A stretch of DNA of 64,000 bases from Monocercomonoides exilis PA203 (Eukaryota > Protista > Preaxostyla), in assembly GCA_001643675.2 (NCBI GenBank), contig LSRY02000028.1, forward strand, positions 992,001 through 1,056,000, given 5' to 3'. The notes under the pieces are model-generated. The model was given only the letters and a program-made list of their open reading frames with translations. It was not told where the DNA came from and did no database searches. This document shows, in pieces, positions 49,801 to 63,300 of the stretch (the stretch's first letter is position 1; each line of letters opens with the position of its first letter). The translations under genes were made by a program, and so were the position numbers.

Positions 49801-52800
49801 AAACCCAGTTGTAGTTGTTGATCTGAACAGTTGTCTGATTATCTTTGAGGTTCCCGACACCAACCTCCAATTGATCACATGGGTTTGCATCGCTTCCACA
49901 GTTCGGCAAAGTGCTTTTTCCTGCCTCAACAAAGATAATATCTCCTGTTCCAGAAAACAGATATTTCTTGATTGAATAGTCAATTTCTGAGCTTTCAACG
50001 GAGTCCATAACCCAGAAATTTGGCTCAGGCGTGTTCAGCTCGTCGATTGTCCCAAACCACAGATCTTCTTTGATCAGCGTTTCTGGATTGCTGCAAAGCA
50101 GAAACAGATCACTTCCCTTTGAGGCAAGATTTCCTGTGAAAGTGTTTGACTTCATCGAATACTGAACATTCGCATCGAATTTCAGATGCAGTCCTCCCCC
50201 ATAGCCCTGCGCTCCCAGCGCTGCACAGCTCTCCACTCTGTTCAGAGTGAATATCAGCTCTCCTCCATTCGACACATTGAATGCTCCCATCCCACCAAAT
50301 GGAATCTCGCCTTGGCACATAGCTTTCGAAAATACACAGTTGCTGATCTCCACTCGCTTTCCTTGTCCAATAACGCCTGAAAAGACTGAGCCATTCCCGT
50401 TGTTACGAGTCACATTCGACAATTCGCTTGAAAGTATTTTTATTCCATTTCCTTCCCCAAAAGAAATGACACTGCCACTTTCCAGTGTTGTTCCATTGAC
50501 TGTTAGCTTCTTAATGTCGGCTGAAGATTCACCTATCAAGTGGATCAGTCCATTATGTGTCAGACTCTCAATCGCTACAAAAGTGCATCCTGCAACAAAT
50601 AATGATGTTCCTTGTCCTCTCAGCTCAACTGCTGCAATATCTCCAAAATCAATTCTTTTCAGCTCAAATTCAGTCAAATGAACTTCGCCTCCTGTTGCAC
50701 AAAGAATGCTGAATTCGATTGCCTCGCTATCTATTTGCCTTGTTGCTGAGCAATTAGCAATGTTCAAAGTTGATTGCTGGCACAGAATCAGAAACAAACG
50801 AGGCGTTTCAACGAAGCTTGGAGGCAAGGAAAACGTAATATTCGAAATTGAAACATCTACTTCTGTCTCAATCAAACCATCCCCTTCCCCGCTTCCGTTA
50901 CTGCAAACTAAAACAGAAGTATTTTTTGTTGTCGCTAAAATAGAAACAGAGCACGAGGCAAGCTTTGTGCAGCTGTCCAGCTGGAATGATGGGAGTATCT
51001 CAACAACACCTTGCTGTTGCGTTGATCCAAATCTCAATTCAACAACTTTGCTGATTGAACGGCAAGGAGCAAATGTGAATCCGCATCCTGAGTGATCGTA
51101 TCCTCCATCTTCCTCACCCCCAACATATCCGTTTCCAGAAAATGAAATCAGTAATGCAGCCAAAGGAATCGCATAATCTCGATTGCAGGAGATTCGCTCA
51201 TATCCCATCAAATCCATTTTATCCATTTCCCTCCAGGAAATTTGGAAGTTATCTGTTCGAACTGCTTCAGTCAAATTGCTTCCATCCACAAATATGTTGC
51301 TTCCTTTCCATGCATTGCATTCAAAAAATGTCAGGTTTTTCAGCGAATAAACTCCATTATTATCTGAAATATGCAGATGTATTCCTCCTCCTAATCCTCT
51401 TCCTCTGTTTGATTCTTCACCGCTTGGGACACTGCAGCTGCTGAATCTGGCGTTCTTCACAGTAACATCCATATTCCCTTGTTTCTGGATAAACAAAGAT
51501 CCACCCTTCAGCTCGTTTCCATCTTCGCATGTAGCGGTTATCTGGCATCTGTCAATCACAATCTCACAGCTTCCTCTATTCCCATATGCACTAAACAGTC
51601 CCCCATTTCCGTTTTTCACGGTTATTCCGTTGAATTCGCAGCTCTGCAACGTGAATGAGCTTCCTCCTTCAAACAAAAACGGACTCGTTGAAAATGCCAT
51701 TTTGTTTGTTTCTGCAACAACATCAAATCCATTTGCAACAAATATTCCACCACTAATTTTTGCAAAGCTGAAATTGATCTCGTTGCTTTCTTCTGAATAA
51801 GTTCGCGAAAACCCACAGTCATTGAACGTCAGACTGTTTCCATTGCATTGAATCAAAGATGTTCTGGAGTTGAGAGATAGGGGCAAAACAAAAGTGATGT
51901 TTGTGATTGTTGTTGGCTGAGTGACTGTTATTAAAGAAGTTGAATCTGTTGGAGGTGGTGGAGAAACAGCAATTCTTGTGTTCTTTTGGGCGCATTTCAC
52001 TTTCCATTCGCCAACATTCATTCCTATCTCTTCGCTCCAAACAAATGAAGGATCGAGAATGATATCTTTATTCAATGAAGAAAAGCGAAGATTTGCTACG
52101 AATGCAATTGTAGAGCAGGGATAGCCGGAATGACCACATCCACTGAAGTCTCTCTCGTTGTTTCCTCCAACTACTACTGGTAGAGGGAATGGATCAATTA
52201 AATAAACAGCCAGAGGAATTCCATAATCCTCATTTCCATTTTCGAAGCCCATTGCATCATCATATTCTGCTGCATTTGTTGAGATCGTAACATCCACTTT
52301 TCCAGAATTCATCAAATCTGCCAAATTCGCTTCATCAAAAAACATGTTGTTTCCTCCTTTCGCTGCATGGTTTTTTTCAACGCCGCTCGTAAAGCTGGCT
52401 GAAGAAATCGAATAATCATTGAACTGACCAGCAGCCTTCACAAACAGCCCTCCCCCGTATCCGCATTGAGTTCTTGTATCACTTGCTCCGCACTTTGAAA
52501 ACGATGTGAGCGTTCCATCTTTTCCGATGCTCAGCTTTCCGCTTCCAGCAAACGAAGCATATATCCCTCCGCCACAACCAGAGCAAGCCAAACAGTTGTA
52601 AAATGTTGCCTCACTAATCTCAACAATATTTCCTGTATTCATCACAATATTCATTGCGCTTCCATTTCCATTTGCGAGTTCAATGGATTTCATGTTGATT
52701 TTTTCCACTTTCACTGTTTTTCCATTTTCAATCGTTATGGATGCCTTGTTGTTACACACAATTCCTTCCATTGTCGAATTCTGAAGAGTCAATGAACCTC

Positions 52801-55800
52801 CATTTGTGCATTCAATTATTCCTTCATTTGATGTGGCAGTTGTATTCGAAATGTTGCAAAGATCAATGATCAGTTGTCCGTTCGTGTGTGAAATCATCAG
52901 AGGTGCTTCTGTTAATTTGAATCCTTTCACAACAAGCGATTTCACTGTGCTCGTTCCTCCCACGCAAATAATAAAACAGTACGACATTGTTGTGTCTGAC
53001 ATTAGCATCAGCACACATTGCTCAGACGAGAAAGATCCTGACTGAACCAGAAATAGAGTTTCTCTTCCAGATAGTGAACTCGGCAGATAAAACTTGATAC
53101 TCAAAAAAGAAACTGTTGCTCTACCAACAATCATCCCATCTTGATTTTTTGTCGAATTATCGTTTACGATGAGTTGTGCCTGAGCCCTAATCCCTCGAAC
53201 ACTTGTAGTACCTTCAGACAGAGATATCTCTCGTGAAAGAGTGGAACTGCTATCGACCGCAATTGACACTCCACTTGATGTTTTGTGCTGCAGGAGCACA
53301 TAATCGACTGTTGAGCATTGCTCGTCAGCAAATCCACACATGTACCAATCTCTTTTGTTCGCATTCCCAACATAAAACTCGCTCGGTTTGCTTCTGAGAT
53401 AAAGCACAAGAGGAATCGCAAACGAACGATCGCTATTTTCATATCCACACAGATCAGTGAGCACATTCAGTTGAGTGCTGAACTTCAACCGATCTGCATT
53501 GATCACTTGGCTGAAATCCTCCGCCTCAATAAAAATGTTGTTTCCGAATTGCGAAGCACGGCAGTTGGTGAATGTCATCTTGTCAAAGATAAAATCATTG
53601 GCCGAGTTCTCCAATTTCAGAAATATTGCCCCTCCAAATCCGTTGCTTCCTGCTCCCTGTGCACCACAGTCAGCAAAAGTCAGCGAATCAATTTCTCCAA
53701 GTCTCATTTTTGAGCCAGATTGCATTATTATGGAAAGGCATCCTCCATTTCCCCTTTCACATTTACACCCATCAAATGATATATTATTCAGAGTCAATGC
53801 CTCTCCATTTGAAACGTTACACTCAATCACTCCTCCATTTCCAGAGCTTCGAATGACCTCTGTGAGGTTAGTGTTAGAAATTTCAGAAAATGAGGAAATT
53901 GGAGCCCTAATGAGCTGAGTGCTTGTTCTCAAAGAAGACACAATACAGGAATCAATTGAAATGCTTCCGAAAGCAATGTCAAATAATGGCTTGCTAAAAG
54001 AAGTGGACTGAGCCCTAGACGAAGTAATGAGAAGATGCTTCAGGTTAGCTCTTCCAGACGAACCAGAAATTGAAAATAATCCAACTGTTTCTGTTGCAGT
54101 GTTGTGGTCAATCGTCAATGAGAAGACACTCAAAGCACCTGCATTGATGGAGAACAGCATTAAGGAACTTGACAGTGTGCTTGTTCTTATGACTGATTTG
54201 TCTGTTCCATTACCAATCACTTTGACTTTATCGCTGTTGATGGATAGCACAGAAGAAGGAGTAAAGACTGATTCAAGCAAAAATATTTTGCATTCAACAT
54301 TATCTATCATATTTTCAAATGCGTGTTCAATCGTTTTGCATGGAATTGTATCGTTCAGACCGCAAAGCTCATCCAAATCGTTTCCATTCTCATGAACATA
54401 TCGAGTCAGAAGCATCACCTTTACAGGAAGCCATCCATTGTACACTTCGCTATTAGCTGTACCACCATAAAACACTCGCTTTTCTGTCGTTGTTGAATAT
54501 GATTCGAAAAATGGATTAGAATTAACTCCACCGCTATTTATTTTCACATCATTTCCCATTCCGTTCTTCGCTTCATTTTGATGGAAAAAGCAGTATCTAA
54601 TAAATTGGGTTTGAACTGCTTGTTCCGAAAGCCCTTCAAAGCACATTCCTGTTCCTCCAAAAACTGTTGAATTTGTAAATGTTCCATTCAACGTATTGAA
54701 GATAAACGTATTTTCTGTGATCAAAAGTGCTGAAAGGTTTATGTTTGGAATAGGCCCATTAACAAATATACATCCAGCAGAATTTCCAGCCGAATTCTTC
54801 ACAAATCGACAATTTGAGAAAATGAATGTTCCTGATTCTTGAAGATATTGAGTGCGTAAGTAGCATACCATTCCGTGAGTACGGAGTATCGAACAATTGT
54901 AAAAAATGAGATTTATGTATTGTTCATTTTTCATATGATCAACGCTACAAATAGCTCCTCCATGATATGCGCAACACTTACTGAAATTTGATGAATCAAC
55001 ATTAACATTTTCCAAATTTGAGAGATATAAAGCACCTCCATGATTGAACTCTCCATTTTTAATTGTGCTAATGCTGTCAAATAAACAATAACGAATATTG
55101 ATTGATGCCCCACGGGCAGAAATGGCAATGGCACCCCCAAATCCTTGCGGGGGTGTATTTTTCCATTCACACCAAACAAATGAATGCTCTCCTTTACCCA
55201 AAACTTTACTTTCTAGCGATAATGGATTCTCTTGCTTTCCAGAATAATTATCATTCGACGAACGATAGCAAGAAATAAATGAATTGTTCAACGAAGTCAA
55301 GGATGCACAAGGACTGTTTAAACTTTGAAATAGTCCTCCATCATACACATCGCTAACTGAAAAGAATGAGCAGTGGCTGATTGACGTGTAATGATGGAAA
55401 GAGGGCATTGTCAAAGGATAATAAACTGACTTTGTTGCTTGGTTATTCGTCAAATTTTCAAAAGAAGAATACAACGCAGTGACAAGAGTCGCGCCTTCTG
55501 CAAAAAGAAATGGTGAAGAGGAAGTCATCATTGAGGAAAAAGAGCAATGAGATATCGACAATAACTCACAGCAAGCACCTGAAGTTGATAAATTGGATTT
55601 CATCAAAGGAGGTGCAACAAATGCAGGAAATTTACAGTAAAGACTGATATTTGATAAGCTTGTCGCGCTCTCGGACAAGGAGATCGGGCTTGAACACATA
55701 GATTCCTTGAAATGAATGGAACACTGAAAAATAATCAGAGATGATGAGCAAATGCATCTGAAAATTGGGATGCAAAAACAATGATAAATGTTGCAGTGCG

Positions 55801-56089
55801 ATATCTCCAACGAAGAATTGCTCAGAACAAAATCTGTGAGAAGAGAATTTTTCAAATTGTTCTCTATTAAGAATGAAAATTTTTTTTGAAAAATCAATAA
55901 AAACATACAATTTATTCAAAATAAATTTTCCTAAATAAAAAGCACACCTATATGGATTATATTTGAACTTTTGTCGTCTTGCAAATCAAATAAAACATTT
56001 AACTCCAGAAACTGTTCACCATCCGCAAAATCATTAATGACGGCAAAGCACAAGATTTGAAAACAATAAAAAAAATGAAACAGTCTCAT
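43829..56089 (-). CDS. Giant (~4,050 aa) single-pass receptor with a modular beta-helix ectodomain and a degenerate tyrosine-kinase-like domain (pseudokinase)
   Basis: Signal-peptide exon 56089-55948 (MRLFHFFYCFQILCFA), intron 55947-55864. Eight D..CG....PC modules with GGAI/GGG(I/L)F and FxxN-like motifs. TM segment WVTIVIVLAVLFLVVLVGFVIFVV followed by RWRK. Kinase C-lobe motifs MRWKAPE, SVVFSIGMMLWECLTLQIPF, GERP and DRPS. Confidence 0.88.
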
Positions 56090-56182
56090 TTGTTGCTTAT
56101 TTTTTGGTGTGAAACCAAATAAAAGCAATTCTGTTCAAATATGATCCTTTCTTATATTTAAGTATGGGCATTTCTAACAATC

Positions 56183-56213
<31 letters not shown>

Positions 56214-56359
56214 ACTTTTGAAACAAAAAACCTTCAAAACACATCTGAGGTGCAATAAAAAGATATTTCTATAATTTATAAGACGTAAATTTAAAAAATT
56301 CCACTGTTTTTTTAACTTTGAATTAATGATAAGTTGTGCATTTTGATTTCCATTAATGT

Positions 56360-57946
56360 TCATTTATTAATACGCTTCATCGCAGCAAAATTTCCAGTAT
56401 CATCATCCACTTCTTCATTATCTTCCTCATGCTGCTCACTCATACAGTTTGTTGAAAATTGTGAAGTCTCCTCTGATTCATCCGATTTTTCATGTGCAAA
56501 GGCAGATGGCGAAAGAAGAGGCTCGTCATGATGATTGGACTCCACATCATCGCTTTCAGTTGTTTCTGTTTCGTTTTGTGGAAGTGGAGGATTCTGCTGC
56601 TCATCTTGCTGTTGCTGTATAACTTGCTGTCTGAGATGGGGCGGAGGAACGAAAAAGAAATAACTTTCATATCCAGTTATAACAGATAGGAAAAATGCCA
56701 TGATTGAATAGACCAACTTCAAGATGAATGAATTGTGATGATCGGGCAAATGAGGAAACGGCTGCAAATCAAAAATTGAATCATAGAAAATAAAAATGAA
56801 AATGAAATAAAATTGATATTGCCGATTCAATGAAAAAAAATGCAAACCAAATGATTTCTTTCAAGAAAGGAATAATATTCCACAGAAACGCCACCAATTA
56901 TTACAAAAAATATAAATAACTTCATCCACCATTCGGAAATAACGAAAAGCGAATAACTTAATATTACAATACATGCAATGTCTAAACACGTAAGATTGCA
57001 AATAAATAAATAAATAAATAAATAAACATTAGAAAAATAATTTGATTTTGATATAATAAAAAAAAAACCCTCTCAAACAGAAGAAAAAGAGAAAGAGAAA
57101 GAAAATACAAAAAAAGCAGGAAAAAATATTTTTTTTAAATATGTTATACTGTCTTTTTGCGCTCCGTCAAGAGCATTTATTATTTGTCTAAAAAATCCAC
57201 GATTCCTGTTTTGAGGTTGTTGATCAAGAGTAGGAGGTTCTTGAAGCTCTTGTGGTAAAGCTTGGGGTGCATCGTAGCTGTTGCCTTTTGAATTCGCATT
57301 TTCATCAGAAGATTCTTTTGTGGAATCAAGTGGATCCTGCTTTCGTTGCTGCGCCTTATGTTTCTGTTTTTTTTTTTTTTTCACAGTTGTTCATTCAAAA
57401 TGATTGATTTTTTGATTTTTTGAAATTCATTGCAATATTAAAAACAAAAATTAATCAGTAACTCAAACCAAAGCGTAAACTACCAATATTGCAGAACCAA
57501 TTATGATCAATAAGCCGATAAGTGCAATAATTATAAATAATCGACTCTTCACTTTTGAAATGACATTCATAGATATGATTAATATTAAAAGCATCCAAGT
57601 TATTATTCTCATAAAGTTTCTGCAAGAAGGTACATTTTTAGTGAATGCTTCATTCTTAAGCCGTGAAATAAAACTTTTCTTTTTCAATAATGTTTTAATA
57701 TCAATTTTTGAAGTCTCTAAATAGTAATCACAAAAAGAGTGATAAAAATTAAATAAGTTAGTTATTTTTAAGCGAACCATTCAATACATCCTCTGGCTTA
57801 TTTATTATATTTTGTTCCTGAAGTTTGCATACAATTTCTGTTGGTGAAAGCCCATCATTTTTGGTTAAAAGCAACAAATCAATAATGTTGCCAACATAAT
57901 TTTCTTGATTTTTTTCATTTTCGTTCGTTTCACATGAGGAAATCAT
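56360..57946 (-). CDS. Hypothetical multi-exon membrane protein
   Basis: Collinear short ORFs at 57758..57946, 57463..57780 (two hydrophobic helices), 57073..57384 and 56360..56845, separated by AT-rich intron-like gaps. Exon boundaries not fully resolved. Confidence 0.5.
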
Positions 57947-58117
57947 TCCGAAAATATTGAAAAAAAATAATTATACATACAAGCATTTTTTCAAAATAGT
58001 TTCCAGGATGCAAGCGAAAAAAACAAACAAATAAAATTATATTGTTTTCATTTCCTTTCATCAATGATTTTTTCTTATGGTTTATAATAACTGTTGATTT
58101 TTGTATTTTTGAAAAAC

Positions 58118-58812
58118 ATGGCTTATTTTTTCAAACAAGGAGTTTGCTTTATATATGTTTTGTAACCTTTTGAACTATTATGCGAATATGTATTTGCTCA
58201 AAATATTTATTGGCTTTTCACATTGAAAATGATAAATCTATTTTTAAAGACTACCGCGGTTGATCAGGGTAAAATCTGGGACCAAATGGTTAAAACTGAA
58301 ATGAAATATCATACTACAACAGAAGATTATACGCCAAATCCCCATACATGTTTGCTAAAATGATTGAAAACATTTTCATTATCTTTTTTTTTCGTTTTTG
58401 TGCAAAAGTTATTCCATATCCAGAAAAACCGTGCAACATATCGCCAAAGGATGTAATGGAACGTTCATTACAGACTCAAGGTTTGTTAACCCAATCCAAT
58501 TTTTGATTATGCAAATTCATCTATTTTTCATTCTTGAAAAGAGAGAACTTTAAGAGAAAAGGAAAGAACCAGAGGTGATGCTCCATCATTTCCATTAACA
58601 TCAAGTCAGATGTATGGCTTTTATTCAACCACACTGGTATGATTTTTTTTCTCTTTTATGAAACATAAAAAATAAATAAATAAATAAAGATGAAACCGGA
58701 TGAGAGATCGTATCATGGAAAACATCATTGCGAGGAAACACAATACGCTCAAGAAACAATAATACATGGTCACACAGCGAGATTTGGAAAGGAGCAGGCT
58801 AAATCAGGGTGA
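58118..58812 (+). CDS. FAM183/CFAP144-like small axonemal protein (5 exons; absent from the ORF track)
   Basis: Exons 58118-58141, 58250-58349, 58409-58480, 58542-58636 and 58690-58812 splice in frame to MAYFFKQGTTAVDQGKIWDQMVKTEMKYHTTTEDYTPNPHTFIPYPEKPCNISPKDVMERSLQTQERTLREKERTRGDAPSFPLTSSQMYGFYSTTLMKPDERSYHGKHHCEETQYAQETIIHGHTARFGKEQAKSG*. It resembles recalled FAM183 motifs (V.Q..I......E..Y..NP; KP; TxxQxxG; HxxxxxxITxY). Confidence 0.75.
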
Positions 58813-59470
58813 AAACAATAAAATATATTTTAATAATATCTTCTATTTCCTTTTTAAATAAAAGCTGAAAGATGAATTATGTTAAAGACAAAATAATCAA
58901 TTTTATTATATGATTTTCGTTTTTATCATTTTGCATTGTCATTTTCAATTGCGAAAATTTACTTTATAGTTTATTCATTGGTTTTTGTGAACGTTATTTA
59001 AAGGAGAAATGAAAGAAAATTGGATAAAATACCTGAACAACGCGCTCATACTCACACCCACACTAATTTTAAAAAAAGTCAAAGATTTGTTAAGTAGGCT
59101 TAAGTTAGCTGCTTAAAGAATGAACGATAATAATTTTTAATGAAAATTTCATAAAAGGCTCCTTATTTCATTTTCATTAATCACAATAGAACATAAGCGA
59201 AAGAGGACATAATTTCAATTACTTGGAATTTTTCATCTGAATGATGAATTCTCCATTAATTTATCAAATCAATCAAAATACTCAATGAGTTAAAGAAATA
59301 TTAAAAATTCAATTTTGAGAAAAATAAAACTTATTCATTTCTGGTTTTTCGCAATTGCGCGGATATATTTAATAAAATAAGTCAAACTGAAGTGATTGAT
59401 AAAATTTTAAACATTCGTTCCGACGGTAACTGGTTACAAAAGTTATGAAATGAAAATTTTCTTTGTTTCA

Positions 59471-60017
59471 TCAACCTTTTCTAAAGACAGTCATCAATTG
59501 AATAACTCTAATTAATGCATCATCGTCGAATCTCTTCAATGAAGGAATCAATGAACGAGCCTTTTCAGGCGTTTCAGGTGTTAAGTTTGCCAGTTGAGCT
59601 TGTTCATATTCGTGAAAGCCTTGATCAGTTAGTTTTCTTCGTTTATTTAACAATAAAATTTGGAAAATTTAAAACAGAAAGTTACCGAACACTATTTATA
59701 AGTAAAAAATATCCAACCTTCGAAGTTCTTCTGCCAGAGAAGCATTTTTAAATTGAGCAAATTTTTGAACATGATCAAAAGATTTCACAAAAATTCTTTC
59801 ATGAACATTTAAAACAATTTCATATATAAATATCAATGTAATTTAACACAAACTCTGGAGGATCTTGAGCTCCAAATTGAGCATCTTTTACAGACAATAA
59901 CAATTGCAAAACATGATCGTATTGCAACGGCATTGAATCCTGAAAATCAGGTCCCAACTTGCACTGAGAAACGTCAACAATTCTATCATCATCTTCACTT
60001 TCTGTAGTTATTGCCAT
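59471..60017 (-). CDS. RPB4: RNA polymerase II subunit RPB4 (3 exons)
   Basis: KLGPDFQDSMPL, FVKSFDHVQKFAQFKN and the HRDC-like C-terminus FHEYEQAQLANLTPETPEKARSLIPSLKRFDD. Confidence 0.92.
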
Positions 60018-60327
60018 TTGAGTTGCGGTCAAATTTTGTGCGTGAAATATAAATTACTTCAAGATCCATTTTTAATTCTTGTGTATTTTAAATACATTGA
60101 ATTGATTTTTAGAAGATATTGTTACACCTATATTAACTCATATAAATTATCAAAGAACAAATGTTGAGAAAATAATTTTTTTTTCGTGTTTTTGTTTGTT
60201 TCTTTTCTGTAGAACCAAGGATTGTTGAGCAATTACAAAATGAATAAATGAGCAATCAAAAAAATGTTTGATTAATTGAACTGTTAAAATTGTGCTTTGC
60301 ATTTTTATTCTTCAATAAAAATTTCAG

Positions 60328-63300
60328 AGAAAGATTACATTTGCGCCTTTTCCAGATGGAATTCGTCAAACTTCACTTCAGGAGGATGCAAACAGCTTAG
60401 GGCAAATGCTTCACTCCGTGCAATCAATGGGAACGACATTTTTCCAATACGCTAGACGTGAATCTAATCATATTGGTGCAACCCATGTAGATTCGAACTT
60501 ACCTCGATTTTACTTTTCATCTACACCAACAGATATAGAAAAACGAAAAATGGCAGAAGCAGTTAAAGAACAAGCAATCAAAACTCATCAGCAATTTCTT
60601 ATTCAGCATCCATCATATATAATACAACAACATTTCTCCAAATTGGATTCAATAAAACCTTGGACAATCAAATCTCCAGATTCGTTGTTGATTGGAGAAG
60701 TTATTGGTAGTGGAACTTTTTCAGTTGTGTTTGAGGCAAATGAATTGAAACAGTTATATAGACCCGGATCAGAATTGCAAACATCAAAGAATAAACGAGG
60801 ATCAAAAATCAGCGTTTCTTTTGTAGGAAATGGCGACGCTTCATTGCAGAGTTATAAAATGAAAGTCTACAACGAAAATTCGCTAAAATCACCAAAATTC
60901 TTACAATGTTTACACATTTCGAGAACAAATGATCTAGATGAAAGTGAAGAAGGAAAAAATGATCACAAAAGAAAAAACCAAATGAATGGTCATGAACATA
61001 CAGTTAAACGACGCAAACTGGACATTTTTGAAGAATCAGAAGAAGATGATTATCTCTCTAATTCTGAGGGTGTATCCACTTGCAGTGAATTAGCAGAAGC
61101 AAATGATGCATCTTCGATGCACAATTCATGCAGCGCTGTTGGCGCACAACAAAAAGAGCAAACATTTCATTCATCGGTTTATACTGAAGCAGAGGACTTA
61201 AACAATGAAAGACAGAGAGATGCTTCTTCCTTGCACTCAGCTGCGTGCAAGATTTCATTTATGAACTTTTCTTCTCTTCCGCTTCAATCGAATGGAGATC
61301 AACTTGATTTTGAAAACCAGACTTATTTCACAAATCCTCTTCTTTCTCCAAATCCGTTCGTGCACAAGATTGAAATTGCGCAGTACAACCAAAAAACAAA
61401 GAATTGTACAAAGAGCGGAGAAGGAATGAGCAGAGCAAGAGACAGCCATTCCAGTTTGCTGCATCATCGACTGCATTCATCTGAAAGCGCAAATCAATCA
61501 AACAGCAAATGCGATTGTTCTGAAGGCGCTTCGGAGGCTGCTGACTTGTTAAGATCTGATGATCTGAATGCATTTGCACCGACGTATGCGCTGAAGATGT
61601 TTCTTCCTTCGACTTCTTCTTTTAAACGCATCGGAAGAGAATTTCGCATATTGAGTGTTCTGCTTCGTGGAGAGAAGAAGAGAAGGGAAGAGTGCGAAAG
61701 CAGTGCAAGTTATCTGGATGAAAGGGAAGGAGAAGAAGATGAAGAAGAAGCAAAAGAAAAGAAAGAAAAGAGCAAACAAGCCGAAGACAGAGCTAATTGC
61801 ATCTCCAAACGCCACAACTTGACGCTTCATTTACCACCAAAAAGCCCTTGGAAACTACCCTCGCCATCATCAGCGACTTCTTCAATCAGCATTTCACAGC
61901 CAGCTCACTTCATTGATTCTTCCAAACTGAACAAGCCTGTTTCTGTTGGCATTTCAGCTGCAGAAAACAACAACACCACTAACAACAACAGTAGGATAAA
62001 TACATCTGTTCCATTTCATTCTTCTGCCATCTGTCCGTCTCCTACTTCTTCCTCCTCTTCCTCTTCATCGTCATCATCTTCCTCTTCCATTTCACAAGCA
62101 CATCATAACCTCATTTCAGATCATTTCACACAATCCAATTCTCCTTCTTCATCAAACATTTCTCCTTCGCCTTTGAATAGCAACTGTTCTGACTCATCAG
62201 CCATCTCACCTTCCACCACTTCATCTTCTTCAGTCAAAAGGAAAACCACAAAACAAGAACTTGATCAACACAGTAATAAACATCATAAATCCTCATCATC
62301 TTCTTTGTTTCCAGCAGTTTTCCCTTCGACTTTAGTGGCCTCGCCGTATTTTTCTCCCTTTTCTCATCTTGTTGCCTCGTTCACACATTCTTTTTCATCC
62401 TCTTCAAATCCTTTCAGTTGCACTTTCTCGTTTCTCTTCCCTTTCATTTCATCAACTTTTTTCTCTTATAAGAATCCTCAGCCAACCACACCGCTTGTTA
62501 AGTCTAAGCACAGCTCTTTTGCATCGTCTCAAAAGGAATCCAACAAAAAAGGAAGGAACGGACGAATTGGAAGAGAGCATAAGAAAGAATCACACATCAC
62601 TTCAACAGCTTCTCAACCACTGCAAATACCATCAACACAAACTTCTTCATCTTCTTCAACGATAACAGCTTCATCGTCGTCATCATCATCGAATCAATCT
62701 TCATCATCATCATCTTCTTCTTCTTCTTCTGATTCACACAACAAAAAGAAGCAGTTGCCTCATCCTCGGACTCGGCACACACAGGCACACGCATCGTCGC
62801 TCATCACATTTTTCAATTCGTTGTCTTCACTCTCTTTGGACTCTATTCGCTCATTCATGTCTCTCTTGCTGTCTGCTCTCGCTTTGTCTCATGAAAATGG
62901 AATTGTATGCGGTTACTGAATTTTCATGATATACTTGAATTACAACGATGAATTCATGTTATTTCCATATGAGCCAAATTGATTTTCATTTTCTATTCCT
63001 TATTAAAACGACGATTTTGTGTATTTTAATATTTATTTATTTATTTTCATGTTTTCTATTAATGTTGCATATTTCTACATTTCCTTTTAGATTCATCGTG
63101 ATATAAAGCCAGATAACATCCTCTATTCAGAAGATCCAATCGAAGGATTAGACGAAGAACTCTTCAAGACAATGCAGAAGAAGCAATCACTTGACACTCA
63201 CACTCGCCACACGAAGGGAATTAAGCATTTGGATAATCAAAGAAAGAAGAAGAAGAAGAAGAAGAAATTGAACTCAAGCAAAGCAGATATCGGAGAAAAA

